Source of the DNA: Chiloscyllium plagiosum
Lineage: Eukaryota
DNA length: 37,735 bases
Assembly: GCF_004010195.1 (NCBI RefSeq)
Contig: NC_057749.1
Location: forward strand, 19,587,689-19,625,423
Direction of reading: 5' to 3'
Shown in pieces: positions 1 to 11,093 of the stretch; positions within the stretch are counted from its first letter, which is position 1, and every line of letters begins with the position of its first letter. The translations under genes were made by a program, and so were the position numbers. The notes beneath the pieces are model-generated. The model was given only the letters and a program-made list of their open reading frames with translations, did not search any database and was not told where the DNA came from.

Positions 1-244
1 ATTAAGGGGGGTTAGATATAGGACTGAAGTTAGGGGTAGGTTCTTCACTCAGCGAGTCGTAAGTTCATGGAATGCCCTGCCAGTAGCAGTGATGGACTCT
101 CCCTCTTTATGGGCATTTAAGCGGACATTGGATAGGTATATGGAGGATAGTGGGTTAGTATAGGTTAGGTGGGCTTGGATCGGCGCAACATCGAGGGCCA
201 AAGGGCCTGTACTGCGCTGTATTCTTCTATGTTCTATGTTCTAT
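1..244 (+). mobile_element. CR1-clade LINE 3' end (ORF2 C-terminus, 3'UTR, tail)
   Basis: Frame reads LRGVRYRTEVRGRFFTQRVVSSWNALP...FKRTLDRYM*, typical of CR1 ORF2 ends; finishes in a (TTCTATG)n tail. Confidence 0.9.
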
Positions 245-1060
245 TTCCTGCTCTTGCATCACACTAACAACTATGCCAACCATGGCCTGGGGTTTTTGAA
301 GATTAATACTGTAGTTCCTCTCTGGCTTGTCCAGCTCTCCTGGGTATCACTCTTACTGTGACTGGCAATCTTTATGGCTTGCTTGTACTGTGTCACCATG
401 TTGACACTCATAGTTCGTAAGGGAATTGGCTTCTCGCTTGTGTAGGAGAATGAGAGCTTTGTTTCTCTCGGCACCTCCCTCCTTCAACCACACAACAGAC
501 GATCTTTTCCATTCACCTCCCTCTCCACACTCTTCTCTCCCTCAGCCTCTTCCTCAAACTCTCTAATCGCAATTGTTCCCAATTGAACAAACTGTCAGCA
601 AGCTCCTGTGTTAAGGCCTCAGGCTGCCTGAAGCCATTCAACTTTGCACTATTTGCTACTCTCCGATAACATTGATTCTCTTCCACATTTACTGCTGATA
701 GCCTCAATAAGGCAAATTGAGGAGAGAAATGGTCTGTGATTGGACAGGCAGCTCCCTGCAGAATATTTCACTTGCACTGAACTGTATTTTGGATTCTGTG
801 GACTGGCTATGAAGTCTTGGCATGAAAGCTAATGTCCATGGGATGTATGTTACACAGTCTTTTATTGAGCAAAGTTACCTCCTGCCTTCAGATGGATGGA
901 AAATATGCTATGACACTGTTCGAAGGAGAACAGGTCAGTTCTGCTGGTGCTTCATCTTTCAACCTGCACCATTAAACATGTGGCATAGACATGGTATGTG
1001 TTATGACTCATTATTCAGGCCCCACATACATGAACATCAGTCATCTCAATTTGTTTTGGT

Positions 1061-1297
1061 TGTATCCAGGAGTGGGACTGATAATGATTGCAGGAGTCTC
1101 GGTTGTCAACAAACATTAACTTTTATTCAAACATAGTTAGTACTTACCATGTACAGGACAAATTTTTGTCTCCACCATGAGGCTGTATGGAGAGAACCAT
1201 CTTCTAGTTATCATGTGACCTATCATCACTTCCCAATGATGTTGTAGACTACCTTTGTTATCACCCCTGACTCTACATCTCCTCCCTTTCTGAGTCT
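1061..1297 (-). mobile_element. Probable LTR retrotransposon 3' LTR remnant with polypurine tract
   Basis: On the minus strand a purine tract (AGAAAGGGAGGAGA) directly precedes TGTAGAG at 1277; AATAAA on minus near 1121-1126. Left boundary uncertain. Confidence 0.4.
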
Positions 1298-1691
1298 ATC
1301 CATTGTATAACATTATAATATGTACTTCTCCATAACCTACAGATCCCACTGCTAAATTTGGGAGGGCCATCTGGAGTTGTAAAATATCAGTAGGGAAGAT
1401 TCTCACTTAAGTATGATCTCTGACCCCTGCCTCACAGAATCAGTGAGAGATGAAGGAAAAGTGAGTGAATGGAGGAATAAGAGGAGGTCGTCAACAGGAA
1501 AGTAATGTTTTGCTGGATGCTAAAGAAGCGCAGAAGCAGGCCATTCAGCCGCACAACCCTACTTCACCACAATGGCAGATGATCTGAATATCACCTCAGC
1601 TCCACAATTCTGCCTGTGCCCGTCAGCCCGATGCGGCCCAAGAATCTGTCCATCTTCAAAACAAAAAGTCAGAGTCGTCGGTCGCGGGAAG

Positions 1692-1878
1692 AAAGCAGTG
1701 GAGGCTGGTTCAATTGCAACATTTAAAAGGCATTTGGATGGGTATATGAATAGGAAGGGTTTGGAGGGATATGGACCTGGTGCTGGTAGGTGGGACTAGA
1801 TTGGGTTGGGATATCTGGTCGGCATGGACGGGTTGGACAGAAGGGTCTCTTCCCATGCTGTACACCACTATGACTCTA
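1692..1878 (+). mobile_element. CR1 LINE 3' fragment
   Basis: AVEAGSIATFKRHLDGYMNRKGLEGYG and a CTATGACTCTA tail; same family as the copies starting at 8661 and 32058. Confidence 0.9.
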
Positions 1879-2258
1879 GGTCATCAACCACGTGGTCCCA
1901 TCTCCAACACCTGGCCCGCGACCTTGGATACCCTGGTGTTTCAGCTGTCGATCTACTTATTTCTCACACGTCGGGATGGTCTCGGTCTCGGTCTCTGCCT
2001 CCCGATGACATTCAGTGCCTCCGCTTGCTGGGGAGTGATGGAGTGAGGGGGCCATTTCCTCAGGATGCGGTTCCCCTCCAACACGTGACCGGCCGGTGAT
2101 TCACGTCCGTCTGACGTCAGAGCGAGCGGCTTTCTCCCGGCCCCCGACCACCAAAGACAGCGAGTGGCCCCGCCCCTCCCTTCCCTTCTCCTCTCCTCCC
2201 CTCCCCCACAACTAGTTGGCCGTTGAGCGCCAGATCCTCGCGAGCCAGAGAGCGAGCT

Positions 2259-2288
2259 CGCTGTCCGTTCAGCACCATGTCGAGCGGC
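2259..2288. promoter_or_regulatory. Candidate non-canonical REST/NRSF (RE1) site
   Basis: Inverted right half-site CGCTGTCCG (2259-2267) abuts left half-site TTCAGCACC (2268-2276). Also 2268-2288 matches TTCAGCACCATGGACAGCGCC at 17/21. Confidence 0.55.
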
Positions 2289-2383
2289 CCCGCTTACAAC
2301 GACGAGAAAGGCTCGTCCCTGGGGGAGCCCGAATATGGACACGACCCTGCTAGCGGGGGAATCTTCTCCAGCGACTACAAAAG
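2277..2383 (+). CDS. AP3B2: AP-3 complex subunit beta-2, coding exon 1 (partial CDS)
   Basis: GCACC-ATG Kozak context; translates [35 protein letters not shown](R), matching the recalled vertebrate AP3B2 N-terminus ([21 protein letters not shown]); phase-2 donor AG|GTAACT at 2383/2384. Too short for the ORF track. Confidence 0.93.
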
Positions 2384-3589
2384 GTAACTGATCCGTAAAC
2401 CACGCGCCCCCCCCCCCGAAAAAAATGAGAGAGTGAAATGATTTATCAGTCGATAGGTTTAAGTGATGCGGCAAGGGAAGGTGGCTGACGAGCAACGCCG
2501 GCTGGTGCAGGTTTTATTATTCTTCGTGCATCCGTAAAAATGCAGACTTTCCTCGGCAATGCAAAGTGGAGTGGGTGTCATTCCGGCTCCCGAGACTGCA
2601 GAGGTGGTTTCGGAAGATGCGAAGCAAATTGCGGCGGGGGTTGCGGGGGTGTCTTTGTTGCTGTTGTAGAAGGAGGCGAGGTGAGGTTAAGGCATTGAGG
2701 AATAATGGCCGAGAGCTAACAGCCTTCCCTCCCCCAAAGCTGTGGGATTCTGCGTCCTCTGAGGAGTCGGAGCCTTTGCAAATCTGTCCCTGGGATGCAG
2801 CAGGGCACAGCTCCAACCTGAACAGCTTTGATACCCAGATATGAGATAAGGAGGATGCAGAAAATGCTGAATGGGGAGGGAGAAGGTAATTCATCAAACA
2901 GCCTCTGGGTGTGTTGGTGACAGGCGTATGTGTGCTGTCAACTCAGAATCGCTTTTCAGCCTGGTTCTGAAATTTGGAAATCATGGTTTTAATTGCAAGG
3001 ATTCAAGGAGGTGTTGCGGAAACTGCAGGTAGCATGTAACATGAAGGTTAGTGGATTTGAGAGGGCATCCAGTGCCTTGTTATTAACCGCCTTCTCCTGT
3101 TCTCTGCTTCCTGGCTTCGTGCCATTTCCTACACACAGCAGTTCCTGTAAGCTTTATATAGCAGCTGGTTCTTGTTTATTGAGTGTTTCGATGGCATGAG
3201 ATTAAATACAAGTTCCTACTGCTGTGGAACCTCTTTCAGTTTTCACATTCCCTTCTGTACAGACCCCCTGTGCACTCTAATCATGGTCCAGTGTTTGGTT
3301 AATAACACCCGCTCCCAAATCTTTTGCTGCTTCCACAGACTCAGGGCACTACAGAAACCTTGCTTCTGGTACAGCTTGGGTCTAACTCGATGGGGTGTAT
3401 TTTCAGCTGTGGACACACCAATTCCAGAGGCCAGTCCTGTCCTCATCCCAGCAGTTTTCTCCTATTAGAGTAAGAATTCAGTTAGATGCCTAACTCTTTG
3501 ATTGAAAAGTGCTGAGGGCAGTAGTGACCTATACATCATTACCCCAGAACAAAACATGTCTCGTCGATATTGTCCAATTTTTCTCGAGG

Positions 3590-3800
3590 AGAACCCATAA
3601 ACCCTACTTTTTCTGTCAGTTGCTGTCTATCAAAAATCCATCTAACTCAGCTTTGAATAAATTCAGTGATCCAGTCTCCATTGCCCTCTGGGCAAGAGAA
3701 CTCCACGGATTAACAATCCAAAGAGAAGATGACTTTTTTCTCATCACCATCTAAAAAGAGAAACCTTTTCTTCTTAAACTGTATTCCGTACTTCTAGTTG
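3590..3800 (-). mobile_element. Degenerate CR1 3' fragment
   Basis: Resembles the reverse complement of CR1 ORF2 ends seen elsewhere in the window (aaaaatccatctaactcagctttgaataaattcagtga...). Confidence 0.6.
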
Positions 3801-5600
3801 CATTGTTAAGAGGAAATACCTTCCACAAGTAATTTAATTTTATTTGTTCATAGCACCTGGATGTTGCTGGCAGTGATAGTGTTTGTTACAAAACATCCCT
3901 AATTAGTGGTAACTTCCTTTAACTACTGAGGTCTTTGTGGTGTAGGTACAGTGACAGAAACAGTTAGGGGATGGCATTGTAGTTCCAAGCTAGATACACC
4001 AACACCACAACTGCGTAGTGAGAATTTTACATTGGAGTTATTGGGCAACAAGGTTAGGAAAATGAGACTTTCTGAAGGATAAAATATCATAATTAAATAT
4101 CCCTTGATTCACAGATGACATCTGCATAGGATAGTGGGGTTTGGCAGTGGTCGTCATGCAATTAAACAGGTTGAATTTCGGAACGCAGATCTTTTGGACA
4201 CATGATGCGGACTGTCCCATGAGGTATTGGAATATAGCATGCAGGATATGTTTCCTTCTCTTTCTTTGCTGTTGCTCTACCTCATAATTAAATCAGTTTG
4301 GCCCAGGGTGTGATGCAGCTTAATGTACAGGTTGTTGCCATTTTGAATGACTGGCAGCATGCACCTACCTGTTATTAATGTCAATGCTGCTGCGCTTCAT
4401 GGAAAGCTTCAGAATTTCTTTGAAGTGTTTTCTTGGAATAGTTGAGAAAAAAAGTGTCAGCGGCATGGGTGACTGTTGCAGTGGCTGACAGGCTAAGTCA
4501 GGGTTGGCGGCATGTGGGTTGTGGAGGTGGGGTTAGGCTATGAGAACTCTGTCAAAGATGGAACAGCCTGAGTGCCAAGAAGAGAGAAGCGAACAGTGAC
4601 GAAATCTCAGTGTAAGTGAGAGCCAATGATATTAACATGAGCTTTCCAAATGTTTAACTGCCGAACATTGTGACTCACATGTGACAACACAAGGAAAATA
4701 ATGGGCAAGAGGTGGATCTCTGTGTTGTACATGTGAAAACTGCCCTTAAATCTGCAGATAGTGCCACAGATAATTTATGGATAAGAATGAGAGGTGTCTA
4801 AGTCCAGATATTTGGCAACTCCAAGCATGGGAAGAGAAGCCAGTGATGGAAATGCCTTGGCTCCAAGTCCAGTGAAAAGGTGTCACTGACTTTGTTTAAC
4901 TTTGTAGCAAGGATCAGGAGCTAAGATGTCATGATAGAGGATGCTATTTGTGATTTTGTTTAGGGCTAAGCTCTTGTTGTGGCAGGGACTGAAACATACT
5001 CAATTTTGATGTTTTCCATATAATAGCATCCCTAGTAGAGGACCTCGAAACCTGTACAGTCAGTCCCCGTTCTCCAGCAAATTGCAATTTTTGCACAGAG
5101 GTTTTATTTGGAGAGCCAGGGACAACATTTTCCTCTTCACCTATTGAATTCCTCTTCACCTATTGAACTGCAGATGATGAATAAGGGATCATAAACTGTA
5201 ACCAGTGTGAGGATACTGTGTTGTAACAAGGCGGTGGTTTTGATTGAAACACCATAGGTTAAAATTTGGTTAGACAGAATCCAGGCAGATACCTTTCTAG
5301 TCAGAGTTTTATTCCAATAACGCTCACTAGTTCCCTACTTCCATTTAGTTTCTGACATCCCTGCCAGACCCTACCTTTTCTTTATTGGAAGTACATCCTC
5401 ACATTTCTGAGGAAGCCCTGGGTGGGGAAAAAAAAGACTGAAGTGGCAATATATGAGTTTTCCACTCCTCATGGAATCTAGTTCGATAGGTTTCATGTTT
5501 CTGAAATCTCCCTGGTAATTTTAAAACACAACATTTCATTTTTATTTTTCAATGGTTTGTTTGCCTGAATAATGTTTTTCACCTTGAGATTTATATAGCT

Positions 5601-5694
5601 GTTGAAAAGTGTGACGCTGGAAAAGCACAGTAGGTCAGGCAGACTTCTGAACAGAAGGAGAGTTGCATTTTCGGGTATAAGCCCTTATCAGGAA
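5601..5694 (-). mobile_element. Penelope-like terminal (pLTR) fragment with decayed hammerhead
   Basis: Homologous to 10160-10252 and 10998-11093. Minus strand reads CCTGATAAGGGCTTATACCCGAAAATGC, with a G missing from CTGATGA. Confidence 0.75.
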
Positions 5695-6612
5695 TTTTAT
5701 AATTTTGAGGTCTTAAGAAAAAGTAGGAAAGTGCAGTTGAGGATTATCAAATCAGCCATGATCTCATTAAATGCCAGAAATAGGCTGAATGGTCTTCTTC
5801 TGCTTCTGCTTGTATGTCTTATGGTCTTATTCTGTAATTACCTTATAATTCTATATTCCCTCACTAGCAGAAACACCTACTATGTCAAGCTCCCTTTGAA
5901 TCCTGTATGTTTCAATAAGATCAGCCCTCATTTTTCTAAACTAAAGAAAATTGCAAGACAACATTGGGAGGAGTAGTCAATAGACCCCTAAAAGCAAATA
6001 CTGTATATGGTGGGACAGAGAATCTGTCAAGATATAATGAGGGTCTATAACAAAGGCAGTTTATTAATCATGGATGAGTTTAAACTTCATGAAGATTGGG
6101 GTAGACAGACTGGCAAAAAGAACTCATTGGATGTATTCACAATAGTTTTCTGGAACCATATTTGGTGAATCCACTGGTATCAGGATATTTTGGATCTGAG
6201 GCAGGTTTAATAAATTATATCAGAGTAAAAGATCCCCTCTGAAATGGCGACCATGACATGATAGAATTTAGCGAGCAATTTGAGAGGGAGAAACTAGAGT
6301 CAGAAACAACTGTGCTACACTTAAATAAGGACAATTACAAAGGAATGAGTGCAGAGCTGGCTGGAGTGGACTGGGCAGGAACTTAGCAGAAAGGCAGTTG
6401 AGGAACAATGGCAAATGTTTAAGAAAAAATTTAATTGATCACAGTACCAACATATTCAAGTGAGGAAGAAAGAGTCTAAGAAAGGGTAAACTAGCCATGG
6501 TTAACCAGAGAAGTTAAGGATAGCAACAGATGGAAAGAAAAAACATACAATGTAGCAAAAATTAATGGTTAGCTAGAAGATTGGAAAAAATTTGGAAACC
6601 AACAATAATAAT

Positions 6613-6815
6613 CATGATTTAGAGATGCCGGTGTTGGACTGGGGTGTACAAAGTTAAAAATCACACAAGACCAGGTTATAGTCCAGCAGGTTTAATTAGA
6701 AGCACATTAGCTTTTGGAGCGACGTTCCTTCATCAGGTGGATGAAGGAGCATCGCTCCGAAAGCTAGTGCCCTTCCAGTTGAACCTGTATAACCTGGTGT
6801 TGTGTGATTTTTAAC
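6613..6815. mobile_element. Penelope-like pLTR pair in inverted orientation with target-site duplication
   Basis: Minus arm 6613-6739 and plus arm 6740-6815, both homologous to 36512-36604; flanked by AACAATAATAAT at 6601-6612 and 6813-6824. Confidence 0.85.
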
Positions 6816-6904
6816 AATAATAATGGGTAACTGGGAAATGACTGAGGAGTTGAACGAATACTGTACATCAATCTTTAGGATAGAAAACTCGACTATCATT
6901 CTAA

Positions 6905-7098
6905 ATTTACAATGCAAATTCGCTTTAATGTGATTGAAGAATTTAGATTGTTGTTTGTAGAACAAACTTTCCTTACCTCTATTACTTATAATGTAATTCC
7001 GGCCCTATTAGTTTAAATGGTGCAGCTATTGCGCGATTTTCGTATAACATGAGATTGCATGAGAACGGAGCTATTACGTTATATGAGAACTGACTCTA
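6905..7098 (-). mobile_element. pogo/Tigger-like MITE, degenerate copy
   Basis: Reverse complement of about 6985-7098 aligns by eye to 8263-8375 (gttctcatgcaatc...gaaaatcgc...tttaaactaat). Confidence 0.7.
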
Positions 7099-8139
7099 TA
7101 CTTGGATTTTCAGAAAACAATAAGGTCCCACACTTGGTGTTGAAGATGGTATGTTAGCATGGGTAGATAACTGGCTAACTAATAGGAGACGAAGAGTTGG
7201 GATAGGGGAACATTTTCAGGATGGCAACTTTTGAGTAGTGGTGTGCAATAGGAATAATTGCTGGGACCACAATTATATGGACTGATGGATTATAATGTGG
7301 AAAAATGTGAGGTTTTACACTGTGGCAGGAAGATCAAAAGGAAAACAGTTAATTTACAAGGCATTTAGATAGACACATGAATAGGCAGGGAATAGAGGAA
7401 TTTGACCATATGCAGGATGATGGCATTAGTTTAGAATAGCATCATGTTGGCTCAGACACGGTGGGCTGAAGGGCCTGTTCCTGTGCTGTACTTCTCTATC
7501 TTTTATTAATAAATGAATTGAATATCATTTAAATATAAAAATAGGGAGGTTTTGCTAAAACTATACGAGGCATTAGTCAGACCACAGTTTGAAAAATTCC
7601 AACTGATTTGAACCCATTATCTAAGGAAAGCTATACTGGAGGTAGGCCAGAGAGGGTTTATTAGACTGATACCAGGTATGGAGGGACTGAGGAGAGGTTG
7701 CTTAGTTTGACATGAAATATGGAAGACCAAGAGTGAACCTTATTGAAATGTATGAGATTCCTTGTGGACTTGACAGGGTAGATGTGCAAAAGTTGTTTCC
7801 CTTTGTGGGAGAGTATAGGACTGGAAGGCAGAATCTCAGAATAAGAGGTTGCACATTTAAGACAGGGATGAGGAAGAATTTCTTCTCTTGGAGGATAATG
7901 AAGCTGAAGACCTCTTTACCAGAGACTGCTGATGAGGCCGAGTCATTAAGTATATTCAAGGCTAAGGCAGACATATTTTTAACCTGTAAGGAAATCAATA
8001 GTTATGGACAAAACAGCAGGAAAATGTTGAGGATTATTAGGTCAGCCATTATGTAATTGAATGGTGGAACAGACTTGATGGGCCGAATGGCCTACTTCTG
8101 TTCCTCAGTCTTATGCTCTAAACTCCAATGAATAAAGGC

Positions 8140-8660
8140 ATTATTTGTTAAGCCATTCTTGGTAAATCAAATTGTCCATCCCAAGCATCAGCCTGGTGAA
8201 TCTCCTTTGAACAGCCTTCACTTGTAGTAGATCCTTCCTTAAGAACGGGTATCAAAATAGTACAGCCAGTTCTGCTATAACACGGTAGTTCCGTTCTCAT
8301 GCAATCCCGTGTTATAAGAAAATCGCATAATAGCAGCACTATTTAAACTAATGGGGCCAGAATTGCATTATAACCAATGCATGCTTTAAACATTCGCACT
8401 TTAGAATCATGTTATAGTGAATTCGCTTTAACGACATGCATGTTATAGCAGAATGACCCCCTGTATGTAGAAGTCCAGATGCAGCTTCACTAATACAGTA
8501 TCCTGTACACCTGTAACAAGAGTTCAGTATTTTAAAATTCTAACTGTTGAGCAATAATGGCCAAAATTTCATTTGCCTTCATTATTTGTTGTTGTATCTG
8601 CGTGATATATTTTGTGTTTCATGCACAAGAACACCAGGATGCTCTTTGCTGCACTGTTTT
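8140..8660 (-). mobile_element. Degenerate CR1 ORF2 fragment hosting a MITE
   Basis: Minus strand carries PYL(R)KD...LEAVQRRFTRL-type CR1 sequence on both sides of the MITE. Confidence 0.6.
8263..8463 (+). mobile_element. pogo/Tigger-like (Tc1/mariner superfamily) MITE
   Basis: Imperfect TIRs CAGCCAGTTCTGCTATAACACG and CATGTTATAGCAGAATGACCCCCTG; TA on both sides (8261-8262, 8464-8465). Confidence 0.8.
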
Positions 8661-9734
8661 TAGAGTCAGAGAGTCATAGAGGTGTACAGCACGAAAACAG
8701 ACCCTTTGGTCCAACTTGTCTATGCTGACCAGATATCCTAAATTAATCTAGTCACATTTGCCAGCACTTGGCCCATTTCCCTTTAAACCCTTCCTATTCA
8801 TGTAATCATCCAGATGCCTTTTAAATGTTGTAATTGTACCAGCCTCCACCACTTCCTCTGGTAGCTCATTCCGTACACACACCAAACTTTGCGTGAAAAA
8901 GATGACCCAAAGGTCCCTTTTAAATCTTTCCCCTCTCACCCTGAATGTATGCCCTCTAGTTCTAGACTCCCCCAACCCAGGGAAAATACCTTGTCTATTT
9001 ACCCTATTCATGCCCCTCATTATTTTATAAATCTCTATAAGGTCATCCTTCAGCCTCCAAAGCTGCAGAGAAACAGCCCCAGCCTATTCAGCCTCTCCAT
9101 CTTGCTCAAACCCTCCAACCCTGACAACATCCTTGCGAATTTTCTCTGAAAACTTGCAAGTTTCACAACATCCTTCCTATCGAAGGGACAACAGAATTGC
9201 ACACAATATTCCAAAAGTGGCCTAACCAATATCCTGTACAGCCATAACATGACCTCCCAACTCCTATACTCAATGCTCTGACCAATAAAGGAAAGCATAC
9301 TAAACACCTTCTTCATTATCCTATCTACCTGCGACTCCACTTTCAAGGAGCTATGAACCTGCACTCTAAGGTCTCTTTGTTTAGCAACATTCTCCAGGAC
9401 CTTTCCATTAATGGTACTGCCATGATTTGCCTTTCCATAATGCAGCACCTCACATTTATCTAAGTTAAATTCCATCTGCCACTCCTCGGCCCATTGGCTC
9501 ATTGTAGTCTGAGGTAACCTTCTGTGGTCTCCACCACACCTCCAATTTTGGTATCATCGGCAAACTTACTAACTATACCTCCTATGTTCACATGCAAATC
9601 CTTTATATAAATGATGAAAATTAGTGGACCCAGCACCGATCCTTGTGGCACACCACTGGTCACAGGCCTCCAGTGTGAAAAGCAACCATCTATCACCATC
9701 CTCTGTCTTCTATCTTTGAGCCAGTTCTGTATCT

Positions 9735-10050
9735 AGATTAGATTTAGATTACATTACAATGTGGAAACAGGCCCTTTGGCCCAACAAGTCCACACCGACC
9801 CGCTGAAGCGCAACCCACCCATACCCCTACATTTACCCCTTACCTAACACTACGGGCAATTTAGCATGGCCAATTCACCTGACCTGCACATCTTTGGACT
9901 GAGGGAGGAAACCGGAGCACCCGGAGGAAACCCACGCAGACACGGGAGAACATGCAAACTCCACATAGTCAGTCGCCTGAGTCGGGAAATGAACCCGGGT
10001 CTCTGGCGCTGTGAGGCAGCAGGGCTAACCACTGCGCCACCGTGCCGCCC
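9735..10050 (-). mobile_element. tRNA-derived SINE, HE1/V-SINE type
   Basis: Minus strand starts GGGCGGCACGGTGGCGCAGTGGTTAGC (A box), has GGTTCATTTCC (B box-like), the V-domain TCTGCGTGGGTTTCCTCCGGGTGCTCCGGTTTCCTCCC, a CR1-like 3' end and an (AATCT)n tail. Confidence 0.92.
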
Positions 10051-10118
10051 ACTATACAGGGAGAACTATCCATCTAAATGGATAGTTCTCCCTGTACTTC
10101 ATATGATCCAACCTTGCT

Positions 10119-11093
10119 AACAAGGAGAAAGTGAGGACTGCAGTTGCTGGAGATCAGAGTCGAAGAGAGTGATGCTGGAAAAGCACAGCTGGTCAGGCAA
10201 TATCCAAGGAGCAGGAGAGTCGAAGTTTCGAGCATAAGCTATCCGTAAGGAATGAGAGGGTGGCCCAAGGGGGCTGAGAGATATATGGGAGGGTTATGGG
10301 GCTGTAACTGGGAACACGATAGGTAGATGAAGGTGATAGATCAGAGGGGAGGGTGGAGCGGATAGGTGGGGAGGAAGATGGACCAGTAGGATAAAGTGGG
10401 GTGAGGGGCAATGAGGAAACTGGTGAAATCCACATTGATCCTGTGTGGTTGGAGAGTCCCAAGGGGGACGATGAGGTGTTCTTCCTTCAGGCGTCAGGTG
10501 GCTAGAGTTTGACAGCGGAGGGGGCATGCCCAGGACTTGCATGTCCTTGGCAGAGTGGGAAAGGGAGTTAAAGTGTTCTGCCAAGGCAACCCCACCACTC
10601 TGTGGCTGAACACATTAACTCCTCCTCCCACTCTGCCAAGGACGTGCAAGTCCTGGGCCTCCTCCACTGCCAAACTCTAGCCACCTGACACCCAGAGGAA
10701 GAACTCCTCATCTTCCGCCTTGGGACGCTCCAACCACGCAGGATCAATGTGGATTTCACCAGTTTCCTCATTCCCCCTCACCCCACCTTATCCCAGATCC
10801 ACCCTTCCAACTCAGCACTGTCCTTTTCAAACGTCCTATCTGTCCATTTTGCCTTCCCACCTATCCGCTCCACCCTCCTCTCTAACCTATGACCATCACC
10901 TGCACCTTTGTCTACCTATTGCAATCCCAGCTATCTTCCCCTCCAACTCCACCCCCCCTCCCATTTAACTGTCAACCCCCTTGGGCCACCCCCTCATTCT
11001 TGATGAAGAGGTTATGCTCGAAACATCCACTTTCTTGCTCCTTGGATGCTGCCTGGCCGGCCACGCTTTTCCAGCACCACACTCTTCAACTCT
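10119..11093. mobile_element. Penelope-like element 3' ends as an inverted pair (GIY-YIG C-terminus + pLTR)
   Basis: Minus arm about 10119-10583, plus arm about 10600-11093. Peptide VAEH(F/I)NS.SHSAKD.QVLG...LIFRLGTLQP..INVDF. TSD AACCTTGCT at 10110-10118 and 11094-11102. Confidence 0.88.

Larger units (their letters stand above)
1900..2720. promoter_or_regulatory. CpG island / AP3B2 promoter and 5' region
   Basis: CpG-dense, GC-rich stretch against CpG-poor flanks. Contains CACGTGAC (2082-2089), TGACGTCA (2112-2119) and GC box GGCCCCGCCCC (2166-2176) upstream of the ATG. Boundaries approximate. Confidence 0.8.
5960..8120 (+). mobile_element. Old, internally deleted CR1 LINE, interrupted by a Penelope piece, a MITE and another CR1 3' end
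   Basis: Endonuclease-like sequence near 6060-6270, LNKDNYKGMSAELAGVDW linker, YLDFQK near 7100, C-terminal ORF 7712-8056 and 3' tail near 8110. Confidence 0.75.

Noticed and set aside
271..707. Short minus-strand ORFs faintly resembling LTR-element gag/protease
   Set aside because: No diagnostic motif recognisable; cannot be supported without an HMM search.
1953..2495. 180-aa minus-strand ORF across the promoter
   Set aside because: Low-complexity GC-rich antisense read-through of the CpG island with no recognisable homology.
2566..2844. ORF with a CLCCCCRRRR palmitoylation-like motif and donor GAG|GTGAGG at 2680, as an alternative first exon
   Set aside because: From ATG 2617 the donor is phase 1, incompatible with the phase-2 AP3B2 exon 1 junction; the cysteines derive from a TGT/TGC simple repeat.
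9995..10050. tRNA gene
   Set aside because: The A/B boxes belong to a SINE head that continues into the V-domain and LINE-derived tail.
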